Source of the DNA: a virus
Lineage: Duplodnaviria > Heunggongvirae > Uroviricota > Caudoviricetes
Length of the DNA: 32,971 nt
IMG/VR virus record: IMGVR_UViG_2541047885_000016
Reading direction: 5' to 3' (one strand)
A model generated the notes under the pieces. The model was not told the DNA's origin. It ran no database searches and saw only the letters and a program-made list of their open reading frames with translations. The translations under genes were made by a program, and so were the position numbers. Of this stretch, positions 1-8,168 are shown piece by piece (the first letter of the stretch is position 1; every line of letters starts with the position of its first letter).

Positions 1-1284
1 TTACAGACTTCTGGAAGGTTGCGCAGCTCTTACAACACGCGGTTGATCTTCCGCAGCGTCTTCCAGCGCACTTAAATCACGGTCTTTCACCTCTGGCATT
101 TTCAGCGCAGAGATTAAACCAATCACTGAATATGCCATGATCATAATGGCGATCGGATACCAGGATTCCGTCATGGTGCAGAAAATACCCGCCAGGATAG
201 GACCAAAACCGGAAGCGATAAGACCACCAATTTCTTTAGAAATAGCCATCCGGGTAAAGCGGTTTTTACAGCCGAACATTTCTGCCATGGTAATGTTTTC
301 CAGAGCAAATAATCCCAGCACCGCACAGTTATGAATCACAATCAGTGCAACCATAATGGTGCTCGGGGCATAGCTTTTATCTACAATGATAGAAAGCATT
401 GGCCATGCCAGCACAATCGCGGAGGTATTCATAATAATATACGGGATCCGGCGACCAATTTTATCGGATAACCAACCAAGGAACGGAATGGTCATAAAGC
501 CGAGAATCGAACTGATCATCAATGCATCTGTTGGAATTGCTTTGTTAAACAATAACGTCTGCACTAAATAGCCTGCAAGGAAAGTCTGAATTAACCCGGA
601 GTTACCCGCCTGACCAAAACGCAGCCCTGTTGCCAGCCAGAAGGATTTGCTCTGGAACATGCTACCAGCAGGTGCAGGTTTTGCTGTCGGTTGGTTACTG
701 TCGTTAACCTTCTCAAAGACCGGGCTTTCTTTCAGATTCATACGCAACCAGATAGCAAAGACCATCACGACAACGCTCGCCAGGAACGGTATACGCCATC
801 CCCACGCCAGCAGTTCCTCTTTACTGAGAATGAAGAACATAAAGGCCCAGATTGCCGTTGCGCTCAAGGTTCCGCAGTTAGTTCCCATAGCCACAAATGA
901 GGAGATAATTCCGCGCTTACCTTTTGGCGCATATTCCGCCAGCATCGTACCGGCACCGGAAATTTCCGCACCTGCACCCAACCCCTGAATAATACGCAAC
1001 GTCACCAGCAAGATGGGTGCAAAAACACCAATCTGTGCATAGGTCGGTAACACACCAATTAAGGTGGTACAGATCCCCATCATGGTGATGGTAATAAAGA
1101 GCACTTTTTTACGCCCTATTCTGTCGCCCATTTTGCCGAAAATAAATGCTCCGACAATACGCGCCACATAACCTGCACCGTAGGTTCCCATTGCCAGAAT
1201 TAACGCCATTGCCGTTGATGATTCAGGAAAAAATATTTCATGAAACACTAACGCTGCGCCGAGCGAATATAACTGGAAATCCAT
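1..1284 (-). CDS. ydfJ: MFS-superfamily metabolite:H+ symporter (ProP-like); host gene flanking the prophage
   Basis: 427-aa ORF from the track; many hydrophobic TM segments; MFS loop motif GKMGDRIGRKK between TM2 and TM3; stop at 1..3; in-frame stop immediately upstream of Met1. Symbol assigned from recalled Qin-locus gene order. Confidence 0.75.
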   Translation of the reverse strand: MDFQLYSLGAALVFHEIFFPESSTAMALILAMGTYGAGYVARIVGAFIFGKMGDRIGRKKVLFITITMMGICTTLIGVLPTYAQIGVFAPILLVTLRIIQGLGAGAEISGAGTMLAEYAPKGKRGIISSFVAMGTNCGTLSATAIWAFMFFILSKEELLAWGWRIPFLASVVVMVFAIWLRMNLKESPVFEKVNDSNQPTAKPAPAGSMFQSKSFWLATGLRFGQAGNSGLIQTFLAGYLVQTLLFNKAIPTDALMISSILGFMTIPFLGWLSDKIGRRIPYIIMNTSAIVLAWPMLSIIVDKSYAPSTIMVALIVIHNCAVLGLFALENITMAEMFGCKNRFTRMAISKEIGGLIASGFGPILAGIFCTMTESWYPIAIMIMAYSVIGLISALKMPEVKDRDLSALEDAAEDQPRVVRAAQPSRSL

Positions 1285-1887
1285 AATTCACAGGTGTTTT
1301 TTCCCATCCTGTGGTTCCCTTGGCGTTTTCTAGGTTTTTTCAGATAGTTGCATTTTTTAAAAAGCATCCTGAGTTCGATCTCAGTGTCTATCTGGGGCCT
1401 ATTTCTGTCCCATATATGCCCCAAAAAAACTCCCCAACAGATAAGTGGTTTTTTCATGGATTTATGCGTAAAATCAAGAACGGCTGGAAATCATTCAATA
1501 CACACACTATCGAAAAATTTACCAGCCAACCGCAGCACGTTCTTGCATAAGGCGTGTCTGCGGTTTTTCAACTATTCAGATACATCACTCCCATCACATT
1601 CATTCCTCCGCATCAAAGGCATATAGGCTATATCACCTTGATATTTTTCTTCTTCAGATAAAAACTGTTATCTATGTATACTTTTAAACCCAATCCGTGT
1701 AGAGTCTCTGCATAAGATAGTTTGCAGTTGCCGCTTCAGCTTGCGCCATAAACCGCCTGATTTTTGCTGCCACCTGTTAGCATTCCTGTATACCTGAAAC
1801 GACAATGTTTATCTACGAACTTTAAGAACACCCAAGATAAAAATCGTCAACTATATCATATATAACACATTACTAATTCGAGGCTAT

Positions 1888-2001
1888 ATGAACAGCATAC
1901 TGATAATCACTTCTCTCCTTATCATATTCAGCATTTTTAGTCATGCCCTAATAAAATTAGGGATTGGCATATCCAATAACCCAGACAAAACCGATGTATA
2001 A
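1888..2001 (+). CDS. candidate 37-aa single-helix membrane peptide ([37 protein letters not shown]) in the region upstream of ydfK
   Basis: Hand-translated; ATG at 1888 preceded by GAGG at 1880..1883; below the 60-aa cutoff of the ORF track; hydrophobic N-terminal helix. Confidence 0.3.
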
Positions 2002-2069
2002 GTCAACATATCCTGAATCAGACATACAATATCGCAATGAAAATCAATAATATTTTAAGGAATATCTTC

Positions 2070-2303
2070 ATGAAATCAAAAGACACCCTAAAGTGGTTCC
2101 CTGCGCAGCTTCCTGAAGTAAGAATTATCCTAGGGGATGCTGTAGTGGAAGTAGCAAAACAGGGAAGACCTATCAATACCAGAACATTGCTTGATTACAT
2201 TGAAGGAAACATAAAGAAAAAATCATGGCTGGATAACAAAGAATTATTACAAACAGCGATATCAGTTCTTAAAGACAACCAAAATTTAAATGGTAAAATG
2301 TAA
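2070..2303 (+). CDS. ydfK: small cold-shock-inducible prophage protein (YnaE/YdfK family)
   Basis: Track ORF 2037..2303; preferred start is the internal ATG at 2070 (AAGGAA 7 nt upstream), giving 77 aa MKSKDTLKWFPAQLPEV...; position next to pin and ydfJ matches recalled Qin gene order. Confidence 0.7.
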   Translation: MKSKDTLKWFPAQLPEVRIILGDAVVEVAKQGRPINTRTLLDYIEGNIKKKSWLDNKELLQTAISVLKDNQNLNGKM

Positions 2304-2618
2304 TATAATTAACTTACTTTTTTATCATTTTCCACTTTAACAACATTTTGCTCCACTTTTCCACGACCAAACAACTTGAAATCTGGTTAAAATAACACGC
2401 AACACTATTCTTCTTCCTTGAGTCCGCCTGGAACTCGAAAAACAAACCGAATTAAAGCCATTTTTCACAAAATCGATTTTGGGTCTCACCAAAATTACGG
2501 GGTTGCATACGCATTCGTTTATTTTCGAACGTGTACATACAAATATGCACAAAAATAATCAAAATTATTTTCTGAGATGCATTATGATATGAACACCAAT
2601 TTCGTATAGAGTCTCACT

Positions 2619-3209
2619 ATGTCTCGAATTTTTGCTTACTGTCGGATATCAACGCTGGATCAGACCACCGAAAATCAACGCCGGGAAATCGAAAGTGCAG
2701 GTTTTAAAATCAAACCTCAGCAAATAATCGAAGAACACATTAGCGGCTCAGCAGCAACCAGTGAGCGTCCTGGTTTTAACCGGTTGCTTGCTCGCCTGAA
2801 ATGTGGTGATCAATTGATTGTGACAAAATTGGATCGCCTTGGTTGTAATGCAATGGATATCAGGAAAACAGTGGAACAACTGACCGAAACAGGTATCAGA
2901 GTGCATTGCTTAGCATTGGGGGGCATTGACCTGACCAGTCCAACAGGAAAAATGATGATGCAAGTAATTTCAGCAGTCGCTGAATTTGAACGAGACCTTT
3001 TACTTGAACGCACTCATTCCGGGATAGTAAGAGCCCGGGGCGCAGGGAAACGTTTTGGTCGACCACCTGTGTTAAATGAAGAACAGAAACAGGTGGTATT
3101 CGAACGGATTAAGTCAGGTGTAAGTATAAGTGCCATTGCCCGGGAATTCAAAACCTCGCGGCAAACCATTTTAAGAGCCAAAGCAAAACTTCAGACACCT
3201 GACATATAA
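2619..3209 (+). CDS. pin: serine recombinase, Pin/Gin/Hin-family DNA invertase
   Basis: 196 aa; N-terminal resolvase catalytic motif YCRISTLDQ (active-site Ser10); C-terminal helix-turn-helix region ([19 protein letters not shown]); typical invertase length. Confidence 0.9.
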
Positions 3210-3436
3210 AAAATAATCTCGGTGTGAGATGCTTTACGTCTTCCAAGCCCCCTTCCTTGCCGTAAATGGAAAGATACATCTAATTATAGAATTTATATGT
3301 TTTACCCTACGGCAGTGCTGGCCATTCAATATCCTGTGCAGTTGACGTATCAACACGGTTCAGCAACACCCGATACTTTTTCCTGGCTTCCAGCAACGGG
3401 GTTTCTTCCTCCGTTGCATATACAGCTCACCTTTTT

Positions 3437-3730
3437 TCACCCACGATTAACCAACAGCCAGATCAGCAGACACGCCACCACCGGCACAGCAAAATCCATC
3501 AGGCTTGCCACATCCCAAACACGCGGATCAAAACCGCCCCACCACGGCATGTTAATCCGCTTGCCATGCCCGAACATTTCAATCCAGCGATATTCTGCCT
3601 GGGTGTGTTCACGCGCAATGAAGAACGTACAACCAGCTATCGCCCCATAAGCCCAGTTTCCGGTAAAAAGACCAACCAGTGTCTGCGCAGCCACAGCACA
3701 AAGCGCATGAAGAAAAGGTGTTATATCCAT
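3437..3730 (-). CDS. 97-aa hypothetical integral membrane protein, last gene of the tail-fibre operon
   Basis: Strong RBS (AAGGAGGAG a few nt upstream of ATG at 3730); hydrophobic segments at about residues 5-39 and 75-94 with a Trp-rich loop (MPWWGGFDPRVWDV); 10-nt gap to the upstream gene; no family recognised. Confidence 0.55.
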   Translation of the reverse strand: MDITPFLHALCAVAAQTLVGLFTGNWAYGAIAGCTFFIAREHTQAEYRWIEMFGHGKRINMPWWGGFDPRVWDVASLMDFAVPVVACLLIWLLVNRG

Positions 3731-3740
3731 TACTCCTCCT

Positions 3741-4445
3741 TTATCTAATATCGCTTCGGGAAGTTAATAACAACTTTAATTCTGACTCAAGTTCATCAAC
3801 TCTTTCAGTCAGTTTCTGGATATGGTGAATCAGTGGAACAACCAGACGTTCGTACATTACACCTTCGGCAACAAGGCCATTGCTGGAAATAGCTTCAGGA
3901 GCATCATCTTCGTTAGCTGGTCGCCAGTGTACAAACTGAGGAGCAATTTCTCCTACTTCCTCGGCAATCAATCCGTAGAATCCCCAGTCACGCCTGTCAT
4001 TTTCGCATTGCGACCTGTACCACACAGGGCGCATCCTGAAAATGAGATCGGCGTGCTCTGAATCTATTGTCTCTACTGAATGTTTATAGCGGATAGACGA
4101 TGTTGACCGCAGCACAGACGAAATTGCACGGTCAGGATTAAGATAAAGGTTTGCCGCCGCTGTAGTCGTGGCCAAATTCCATAAATAAAACGCTTCACGA
4201 CCTGTCAGTGGATAAAAATCTCCGCCATAACGACCACTTTCCAGATCGTTCACTTCCACTTTGTTTTTCAGCTTATTATCAACTTCAGTTTTTGTGTATC
4301 TGGAGCTGATATCCTGCTTTGCACTGGTCATCTCAGTCTGAAGCGTTGATACTTTTCTGCTAATTGATGAAATATCTTCCTTAGCTTTACTGACATCCCC
4401 CTTTAGCTTGGTGATATCTCCTGGAATTACTGTCGATGTAGCCAT
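3741..4445 (-). CDS. 234-aa tail-fibre-like protein: N-terminal coiled-coil segment plus C-terminal domain resembling the peptidase S74 intramolecular chaperone of tail fibres/spikes
   Basis: Heptad-like N-terminus (GDITKLKGDVSKAKEDISSISRKVSTLQTEM...); C-terminal pattern SSIRYKHS...GFYGLIAEEVGEIAPQFV...GLVAEGVMYERLVVPLIHHIQKLTERVDELESELK fits the S74 chaperone-domain pattern as I recall it; domain assignment from memory only. Confidence 0.55.
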   Translation of the reverse strand: MATSTVIPGDITKLKGDVSKAKEDISSISRKVSTLQTEMTSAKQDISSRYTKTEVDNKLKNKVEVNDLESGRYGGDFYPLTGREAFYLWNLATTTAAANLYLNPDRAISSVLRSTSSIRYKHSVETIDSEHADLIFRMRPVWYRSQCENDRRDWGFYGLIAEEVGEIAPQFVHWRPANEDDAPEAISSNGLVAEGVMYERLVVPLIHHIQKLTERVDELESELKLLLTSRSDIR

Positions 4446-4454
4446 TTTCCTGCC

Positions 4455-4736
4455 TCACATCCAGCCACGAAGTTGATGCTCAACAACAACCGCGTATTTA
4501 TCGAATATTGACGATTTTTTTGCATCATTAATGATGCGCACGTTTACAAAATATCCGTCTTCCTTAACACATACCGGCTCGCCATCTTCAGTAAGTTCTC
4601 CGGTTTCTTTGTACACGTTACCTATCACGTCAATAAGAATATCATCCTGCATCGACTCGTCATCATAATAGCCAGCACTCTTCATAAAGGCCGAAAAGTC
4701 GGCCTTGTCTGTGAATTTGATAATTAAATCTCGCAT
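4455..4736 (-). CDS. 93-aa acidic hypothetical protein translationally coupled to stf
   Basis: Start codon overlaps the stf stop (ATGA at 4736); acidic composition; no hydrophobic segments; no family recognised. Confidence 0.55.
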   Translation of the reverse strand: MRDLIIKFTDKADFSAFMKSAGYYDDESMQDDILIDVIGNVYKETGELTEDGEPVCVKEDGYFVNVRIINDAKKSSIFDKYAVVVEHQLRGWM

Positions 4737-7114
4737 TATATTATCTCTCCCATTTGCGCATCGGTTAATTCTTTATGCCATATTCTAAAATTCCTGATAT
4801 AACCAAATAAATGACGTAAGCCGGCTGTAGTCTGGCCTCCAATCCTTATACCTGTAGCACCACTAACACTCTTCCACGTTGTTGATGCTGGTGTTGATAA
4901 AACCCCATTGCAGCCAGCCTGAAACTTGCCGTCGCTTTTTATTCTATATACAGCGATAATCTTTCTTGGGTAATTTCCAGGTGGAAATGATATTGGATTA
5001 CCAAATTGAACATATGGAGTTCCTACACTACCTGCTGTATTTCTGAATGCAAAAACAAAAGCGTCGTCTTTTGTTTTAAATCCTGTTATATCATAAATTC
5101 TAGGCGCGGAATTTGGTGCTATAGACCAATTTTTATTCACTTCAACCATGCAGGTTAAAGGTTTGCTGGCCATGTTATTTTTACAAGGCAATGTAACAAT
5201 ATCGCTTGCTCGCGTTGATGCAACTGTATCGGAAATGATAAAAGATGATGCGCATGAGCCGCCTTCAAATTGTGGTGTCGTAACATCCAAACATTCCCCG
5301 CCCAAATAAGTTCCAGGTGAAACAGGTGGAGCAATTTGGATCTGAGAGCCAACCATATTATCAATAGCTTCAGATTGATATGTAACCTCGAAATAAATCC
5401 ATCCATTAGATTCTTTCTCCGCTCGGGCGGTTATTCTTGCAGCCCCTCCTCCCGTTTTCCTAATGGACATATCTGTTATATTAAGATATGCATCTGCCAG
5501 ATAAAAATATGCGGACCCGTCATATCTTTCAAATCTTATACGACATTGTATATTAGCACTATCGCTTTTTACACGACATGATGTTGTAACATACTTTTCA
5601 GTTCCAGTAACATCGACACCTCTTCCTCCTGAAACCGCAGCGATATTCATTGTCGTATTTGTCCCAATTTTTTCGTCCTTTATTTGAAACCGCCCATAAG
5701 TAAAGCCAAACTCATCAACACCACTTTCTGTTATAGTTACACTTGTTGTAGCTCCCCACTTAGATGGCGTAAGTGAATTAAGATGATAGTTGGTTCTTTG
5801 TCCTTCAATCAGCAAACCTTCTCGTTCAAATCGCGGTTCGTCAACTTCAGCAACGGTTAATACTCCTGATTTATTAATGTATGTTGCACCTGATGCGCGT
5901 TTGAAGCTAACAACCTTATCGGATGGCATTTTAATAACATCATCACCTACAGTTATTTGCTTATAACCAGGCGAAAAGCCAGCAAGCATATCCAGTGAAT
6001 CGTTAAACGGTATCCACACATCGGGAAGCGGCTGCAAAACTTGTTTATACGGCTCCGCAGCCTGGCTTGCATACTCTCTGGCTGCGTCTTCACTTGCTTT
6101 TGCAGCCGTCTGGCTTGCAGCGGATGCTTTCGCCGAGTTAGCCGCCGCAGTCTCGCTCGCCTTTGCGTTGGTTTCACTGGTTTTTGCAGCTTTTTGACTG
6201 TTGGCTGATGCAGTGGCAGAAGAAGCCGCCGCACTTGCAGAACCAGCTGCGGCACTCTCGCTTTGGGCCGCTGCATCCTGACTGTTTTTCGCCGCAGTTT
6301 CGCTGGCTTTGGCATTCGTTTCGCTGGTCTTCGCTGCCGTCTGGCTGGACTTTGCGTTAGTTTCACTCGTCTTCGCTGCTTTCTGACTGTTAGCCGCAGC
6401 AGTTGCTGATCCAGCTGCTGAAGTCGCAGAACCGGCTGCCGCGCTCTCGCTTTGGGCTGCTGCAACCTGGCTGTTTTTTGCCGCAGTTTCACTGGCTTTG
6501 GCATTCGTTTCGCTGGTCTTCGCTGCCGTCTGGCTGGACTTTGCGTTGGTTTCGCTCGTCTTTGCGGCTGTCTCGCTGTTTTTCGCGTTGGTTTCTGATT
6601 TTTTGGCTGCTGTCGCGGAGTTTGCCGATGCAGTCTGTGAGGTCGCTGCCGCCTGTGCGCTGTTAGCTGCATTCGTTTCTGAGGTTTTCGCCGCGTTCTT
6701 CGATGATGCCGCTGCAGTTTCGGATTTCTTTGCCGCCGCTGCGCTCTGAGAGGCGGCTTCGGCGTTGCGTGCCGCTTCTTCCACCATTTCCTCAAAACGG
6801 CGCAATGCCTCCGGCATGACATCATCTTCCGTCATGGCACCGAGAAAATCATTCAGCGTACCTGGTCTGGAACCTTCATAGACGGTAATGGTCCCGGCAT
6901 GTGAAGGCGGAAAACCTTCAACCAGCAGGGTGACGCTGTACTGGCCATACTCAACATCCATGCTGTAACGTCCGGCTTCATCCGGATTTTCAGAAGCCAC
7001 CGTGTTCACCAGTACCGTGGTGCTGTTACGCTTTGCCTTCAGTTGAATAGTGCAGTTCTGTATTGGTTTTCCCGCACCATCTTTCAGCACACCTGAGATT
7101 TTTACTGCTGCCAT
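4736..7114 (-). CDS. stf: side tail fibre protein Stf: lambda-like N-terminus and Ala/Ser/Thr-rich repetitive shaft, non-lambda C-terminal region
   Basis: N-terminus MAAVKISGVLKDGAGKPIQNCTIQLKAKRNSTT... matches lambda Stf as recalled; preferred start ATG at 7112..7114 (track extends to a GTG at 7120); GGAG RBS; C-terminal ~450 aa differ from lambda and end ...FGYIRNFRIWHKELTDAQMGEII. Confidence 0.9.
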   Translation of the reverse strand: MAAVKISGVLKDGAGKPIQNCTIQLKAKRNSTTVLVNTVASENPDEAGRYSMDVEYGQYSVTLLVEGFPPSHAGTITVYEGSRPGTLNDFLGAMTEDDVMPEALRRFEEMVEEAARNAEAASQSAAAAKKSETAAASSKNAAKTSETNAANSAQAAATSQTASANSATAAKKSETNAKNSETAAKTSETNAKSSQTAAKTSETNAKASETAAKNSQVAAAQSESAAAGSATSAAGSATAAANSQKAAKTSETNAKSSQTAAKTSETNAKASETAAKNSQDAAAQSESAAAGSASAAASSATASANSQKAAKTSETNAKASETAAANSAKASAASQTAAKASEDAAREYASQAAEPYKQVLQPLPDVWIPFNDSLDMLAGFSPGYKQITVGDDVIKMPSDKVVSFKRASGATYINKSGVLTVAEVDEPRFEREGLLIEGQRTNYHLNSLTPSKWGATTSVTITESGVDEFGFTYGRFQIKDEKIGTNTTMNIAAVSGGRGVDVTGTEKYVTTSCRVKSDSANIQCRIRFERYDGSAYFYLADAYLNITDMSIRKTGGGAARITARAEKESNGWIYFEVTYQSEAIDNMVGSQIQIAPPVSPGTYLGGECLDVTTPQFEGGSCASSFIISDTVASTRASDIVTLPCKNNMASKPLTCMVEVNKNWSIAPNSAPRIYDITGFKTKDDAFVFAFRNTAGSVGTPYVQFGNPISFPPGNYPRKIIAVYRIKSDGKFQAGCNGVLSTPASTTWKSVSGATGIRIGGQTTAGLRHLFGYIRNFRIWHKELTDAQMGEII
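6188..6565 (-). repeat. tandem in-frame duplication (2 x 189 bp, 63 codons) within the stf shaft region
   Basis: The DNA block GCCGCAGTTTCGCTGGCTTTGGCATTCGTTTCGCTGGTCTTCGCTGCCGTCTGGCTGGACTTTGCGTT occurs at about 6291 and again at about 6480 (189 bp apart); the protein repeats AKTSETNAKSSQTAAKTSETNAKASETAAKNSQ.AAAQSESAAAGS twice. Confidence 0.75.
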
Positions 7115-7124
7115 ATCCACTCCA

Positions 7125-7151
7125 CAAAAAAGCCCGCCTGAACCGGCGGGC
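7125..7151 (-). terminator. intrinsic terminator-like hairpin downstream of lom
   Basis: GC stem GCCCGCC/GGCGGGC (7132..7151) followed on the minus strand by a U6 run (7125..7130), between the lom stop and the stf start. Confidence 0.5.
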
Positions 7152-7178
7152 TGTCATAACACTGTGTTACCTGGCTAA

Positions 7179-7778
7179 TCAGAATTTATAACCGACACCC
7201 ACGATGAAACCGTCAGTGCGCCAGTCACCACTGCCGGAGCCTTCATAAGCAATATCAATGGCCACGGATTCGGTCGGGTTAAACTGCACGCCAGCTCCCC
7301 ACGCCAGAGACGTGTTGCTGTGGCGATCATCATCACTTCCGGTCAGCACATCGTGCGTTTTCCCCTTGTTGTCAGTTACGCGGAGATAATCCCCGGAGAA
7401 CGTCGAAACACGGCTGTAAGCCATACCTGCCATCGCATAAGCACTGAACCATTCATTCACGCGTACAGATGGCCCCGCCATCATGCTGAACCAGCGGTTA
7501 CGCACTGAATCTTCATGCCAGCGGGTATCGCTGTAATGCGTTTTTTGCTCATCTTTGGCATTGGCATAACTGAATGACGTCACCAGCCCCAGCGTGTCCG
7601 TAAATTCATAACGGTATTTCACGTTAATCCCGTTCAGATTATCGCTGCCGGGAACGTTCGTCGAGGCATGAAGATACCCCGCGCTCAGCGTGGACTGATG
7701 TTCAGATGCCCATGCAGGCGCACCGGATACGGCCAGACAAATGGCTGCGGACAAAATGGCGGCATAAAGTTTACGCAT
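7179..7778 (-). CDS. lom: outer membrane beta-barrel protein Lom (Ail/Lom family)
   Basis: 199 aa; signal peptide MRKLYAAILSAAICLAVSGAPAWA; C-terminus ...IAYEGSGSGDWRTDGFIVGVGYKF matches lambda Lom as recalled. Confidence 0.9.
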   Translation of the reverse strand: MRKLYAAILSAAICLAVSGAPAWASEHQSTLSAGYLHASTNVPGSDNLNGINVKYRYEFTDTLGLVTSFSYANAKDEQKTHYSDTRWHEDSVRNRWFSMMAGPSVRVNEWFSAYAMAGMAYSRVSTFSGDYLRVTDNKGKTHDVLTGSDDDRHSNTSLAWGAGVQFNPTESVAIDIAYEGSGSGDWRTDGFIVGVGYKF

Positions 7779-7847
7779 AATTACCTCTCGCTTTTCTGCA
7801 ATAAAAAAGGCACCATTTCTGGTGCCCTTATATGGGTTATAACAATT

Positions 7848-8168
7848 TCAACGAATACTGATGCCGGAAGCGGCTTTTTTGGTCACAATCACCGTACAGT
7901 CGGTGATATTACCTGCCCGCTGATTGCCTTTATGGAAAACCTTAAACTCCAGAGTGACGCTTCCCCTGCCACTCGGCATATCAATAACCGCACTGTAGCT
8001 ACCGGGAATGGCCCCTTTAGTTTCTCTGGATGCGATTAATACACCGTTGCCGGTGGATTTCCACCACTGGTAATGGTCGGGGCCGTCAGGCGTTTCAGGA
8101 ACACGTCGTTCATGAATATCTGATCGCCCTGACCAACAAACATCGGTTTTGTGTTGCCATTCGCAGGA
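7848..8168 (-). pseudogene. out-of-frame remnant of the J C-terminal receptor-binding region
   Basis: A frame +1 relative to J is open from 8168 to the stop at 7848..7850; its last ~60 codons (...GAIPGSYSAVIDMPSGRGSVTLEFKVFHKGNQRAGNITDCTVIVTKKAASGISIR) resemble the extreme C-terminus of lambda J as recalled (...IVDMPAGRGNVILTF...VMVIKKQALGISVV); the upstream part of that frame is junk-like. Confidence 0.55.

Noticed and set aside
1-1300. Possible N-terminal truncation of ydfJ by prophage integration
   Set aside because: Met1 of the ORF aligns with the start of the first TM helix of ProP-like transporters and an in-frame stop lies immediately upstream; nothing in the sequence shows a missing N-terminus, and the exact att junction cannot be located without a reference.
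1311-1626. Two overlapping plus-strand ORFs (79 and 92 aa) in the ydfJ-ydfK spacer
   Set aside because: No RBS, low-complexity products, located in an AT-rich promoter/leader region.
5953-6825. 290-aa alternative-frame ORF inside the stf repetitive region
   Set aside because: Extremely Arg/Lys/Gln/Pro-rich product from reading the Ala/Ser/Thr repeat DNA in another frame; no independent start signals.
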